The notes under the pieces are model-generated. The model was not told the origin of the DNA. It did not search any database and saw only the letters and a list, made by a program, of their open reading frames with translations. A DNA stretch of 64,000 nucleotides from Burkholderiales bacterium (GTDB taxonomy: Bacteria > Pseudomonadota > Gammaproteobacteria > Burkholderiales > SG8-39), in contig DASRFM010000034.1 in the NCBI GenBank assembly GCA_035651575.1, positions 34,932 through 98,931 on the forward strand, given 5' to 3'. How positions within the stretch are numbered: the stretch's first letter is position 1; each line of letters starts with the position of its first letter. A program made the position numbers and the translations under genes. Positions 62,031 through 64,000 of the stretch are shown in pieces.

Positions 62031-62773
62031 GCCCGGCGCTGCAGGCGCGCACGCAGGAGGCCGAACGCGTGCTTGCTCGAGCTGCGCTCGAGCACGCGCC
62101 ATCGACCTTCGCCTCGAGCCTGGGCGCCGAGGACATGGTGATCACCGACCTGATCCTGAGGCGCGGGCTCGACATCGAGATCTTCACGCTCGACACGGGC
62201 CGGCTGCACGCCGACACGCTCGCGCTCCTCGGCACGATCCGCGAGCATTACGAACGTGACCTGCGCGGCCGCGACATCCGCGTGGTGCGCCCCGACGCCG
62301 ACGCGGTGGCGCGCTACGTCACCGTCCACGGCCCGAACGCCTTCTATGGAAGCGTCGATCTGCGCAAGCGCTGCTGCGAGATCCGCAAGGTCGAGCCACT
62401 CAGGCGCGCGCTCGCCGGCAAGGCTTCGTGGATCACGGGACAACGTCGCGAGCAGAGCACGACGCGGGCGTCGCTCGCGCTGCAGGAGCACGACGCGGCC
62501 CACGGTCTGGTCAAGTTCAATCCCCTCGTCGACTGGACCGAGCGCGACGTCTGGGAGTACATCCGCGAGCACGGCGTCCCGTACAACGCGCTGCACGATC
62601 AGGGCTACCGCTCCATCGGCTGCGCCCCGTGCACGCGCCCGACGCTGCCGGGCGAGGACGTGCGCGCCGGCCGCTGGTGGTGGGAATCCCCGGAGGCGCG
62701 CGAGTGCGGTCTGCACGTCGCGCCCGGCGGGCGCCTGGTGCGCGCGCGCAAGCCCGCGGAGGAGCCGGCGTGA
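62027..62773 (+). CDS. cysH: Assimilatory APS/PAPS reductase (Fe-S type by Cys pattern)
   Basis: In-frame GTG 62027 (GTGA overlap). ..SLGAEDMVITDL.., CC pair ..KRCCEIRKVEPL.., ..SIGCAPCT.., ..ECGLH.. Confidence 0.9.
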   Translation: MSPALQARTQEAERVLARAALEHAPSTFASSLGAEDMVITDLILRRGLDIEIFTLDTGRLHADTLALLGTIREHYERDLRGRDIRVVRPDADAVARYVTVHGPNAFYGSVDLRKRCCEIRKVEPLRRALAGKASWITGQRREQSTTRASLALQEHDAAHGLVKFNPLVDWTERDVWEYIREHGVPYNALHDQGYRSIGCAPCTRPTLPGEDVRAGRWWWESPEARECGLHVAPGGRLVRARKPAEEPA

Positions 62774-63711
62774 GCGCGGTGCTCGAGCGAGCCCGCGGCG
62801 AGAGCGCCCCCGTGCGCGCCCGGGGCCATCTCGACTGGCTCGAGTCGGAGGCGATCTTCATCCTGCGCGAGGTCGCCGCCGAGTGCGAGCGCCCGGTGCT
62901 CTTCTTCTCGGGCGGCAAGGACTCGATCGTGCTGCTGCGGCTCGCGGAGAAGGCGTTCCGGCCCGAGCGCTTCCCGTTCCCGCTGCTGCACATCGACACC
63001 GGGCACAACTTCCCCGAGGTGATCGCCTTCCGCGACCGCCGCGCGGCCGAGCTCGGCGAGCGGCTGATCGTGCGCTCGGTCGAGGACTCGATCCGCCGCG
63101 GCAGCGTGCGCCTGCGCTCGGCGACCGACAGCCGCAACGCCGCGCAGTCGGTGACGCTGCTCGAGGCGATCGCGGAGCTCGGCTTCGATGCCTGCATCGG
63201 CGGCGCGCGCCGCGACGAGGAGAAGGCGCGCGCCAAGGAGCGCATCTTCTCGTTTCGCGACGAATGGGGCCAGTGGGACCCGAAGAACCAACGCCCCGAG
63301 CTGTGGAACCTCTACAACACGCGCGTGCACAAGGGCGAGCACATGCGCGTGTTCCCGATCAGCAACTGGACCGAGCTCGACGTCTGGCAGTACATCGCGC
63401 GCGAGCGCCTCGAGGTCCCTTCGATCTACTACGCGCACGTGCGACCGGTCGTGCGCCGCCGCGGGCTGCTGGCCCCGGTCACGCCGCTCACGCCGGCCGC
63501 GGAAGGCGAGCGCATCGAGGACGTGCGTGTGCGCTTCCGCACCGTCGGCGACGTGAGCTGCACCTGCCCGGTCGAGTCCGACGCGGCGGACGTGGCGGCG
63601 ATCATCGCGGAGACCGCGCGCACGACCGTGACCGAGCGCGGCGCGACCCGCATGGACGACCAGACGTCGGACGCGTCCATGGAGCGGCGCAAGAAGGAAG
63701 GATATTTCTAG
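62770..63711 (+). CDS. cysD: Sulfate adenylyltransferase subunit 2
   Basis: In-frame GTG 62770 (GTGA overlap). PP-loop ..FFSGGKDSIVLL.., ..LHIDTGHNFPE.., ..RMDDQTSDASMERRKKEGYF. Confidence 0.93.
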   Translation: MSAVLERARGESAPVRARGHLDWLESEAIFILREVAAECERPVLFFSGGKDSIVLLRLAEKAFRPERFPFPLLHIDTGHNFPEVIAFRDRRAAELGERLIVRSVEDSIRRGSVRLRSATDSRNAAQSVTLLEAIAELGFDACIGGARRDEEKARAKERIFSFRDEWGQWDPKNQRPELWNLYNTRVHKGEHMRVFPISNWTELDVWQYIARERLEVPSIYYAHVRPVVRRRGLLAPVTPLTPAAEGERIEDVRVRFRTVGDVSCTCPVESDAADVAAIIAETARTTVTERGATRMDDQTSDASMERRKKEGYF

Positions 63712-64000
63712 ATGTCGCTGCTGGGCGAAATCGAGCGCGCGGACGCGTTCGAGCAGGCGGCCGACGACGGGGTGCTGCGGTTCATCACCGCCGGCAGCGT
63801 CGACGACGGCAAGAGCACCCTGATCGGGCGGCTGCTGCACGACAGCCGCGCGGTGCTCGACGACCAGCTCGCCGCGGTCGAGCGCGCTTCGCGCAGGCGC
63901 GGCGCCGGCGCGATCGACCTGTCGCTCCTGACCGACGGCCTGGAGGCCGAGCGCGAGCAGGGGATCACGATCGACGTCGCCTACCGCTATTTCTCGACGC
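63712..64000 (+). CDS. cysN: Sulfate adenylyltransferase subunit 1 (GTPase), 5' part only
   Basis: My translation from ATG 63712: [62 protein letters not shown] (G1 and G2). Runs off the window. Confidence 0.9.
   Translation, partial: MSLLGEIERADAFEQAADDGVLRFITAGSVDDGKSTLIGRLLHDSRAVLDDQLAAVERASRRRGAGAIDLSLLTDGLEAEREQGITIDVAYRYFST

Overview
Very GC-rich proteobacterial chromosome segment. The gene order looks beta-proteobacterial (inference from synteny only). It is almost fully coding, with about 85 genes, many joined by 4-nt start/stop overlaps. I saw no rRNA, tRNA or CRISPR. Order of blocks: TPR protein, mutM, coaD-rsmD, ftsYEX-rpoH. Then a complete aa3-type cytochrome c oxidase biogenesis cluster (coxB-coxA-small-cox11-DUF2970-coxC / DUF2909 / SURF1-SCO-like-ctaA-ctaB-SCO1). 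Then bioC-amidase, comF-trmL, gpsA-secB-grxC-rhodanese, gpmA-envC-like-ctpA-moeB, and argB-HAD nucleotidase-slmA-EthD-like. Next come hsp20 with a sigma32-type promoter, an ECF sigma / anti-sigma / CWC (interrupted) / DUF1330 module, and hslVU. A roughly 10 kb zinc-homeostasis island follows: ZnuB/ZnuA-like pair without an ATPase, a coiled-coil beta-barrel OMP, two small His/Cys proteins, zur, a Zrg-like DUF2796-ABC-DUF3299 operon, a ZIP transporter and a COG0523 GTPase. After that: a low-GC RAYT element with perfect 22-bp inverted repeats, rlmI-xerC-DUF484-dapF, and a GnnB/GnnA-like pair fused to two lpxL genes. Then metK, a GntR-ligM-MetE-like-ligAB aromatic cassette, SAH riboswitch-ahcY-MTHFR-like, mgtC, and cysB with tauE-cysI-DUF934-cysH-cysD-cysN. 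Most of this is ordinary core genome. The most noteworthy points are: (1) the methoxy-aromatic cassette embedded in the methyl-cycle locus; (2) the ATPase-less metal uptake module with its OMP and small His/Cys proteins; (3) the GnnAB-like insertion in the lipid A acyltransferase operon; (4) the RAYT element; (5) a CWC-family gene with an in-frame TAG; (6) several genes that seem to need non-ATG/GTG/TTG starts. The ORF track also contains many long Arg/Ala-rich antisense ORFs, which I rejected as GC artefacts.
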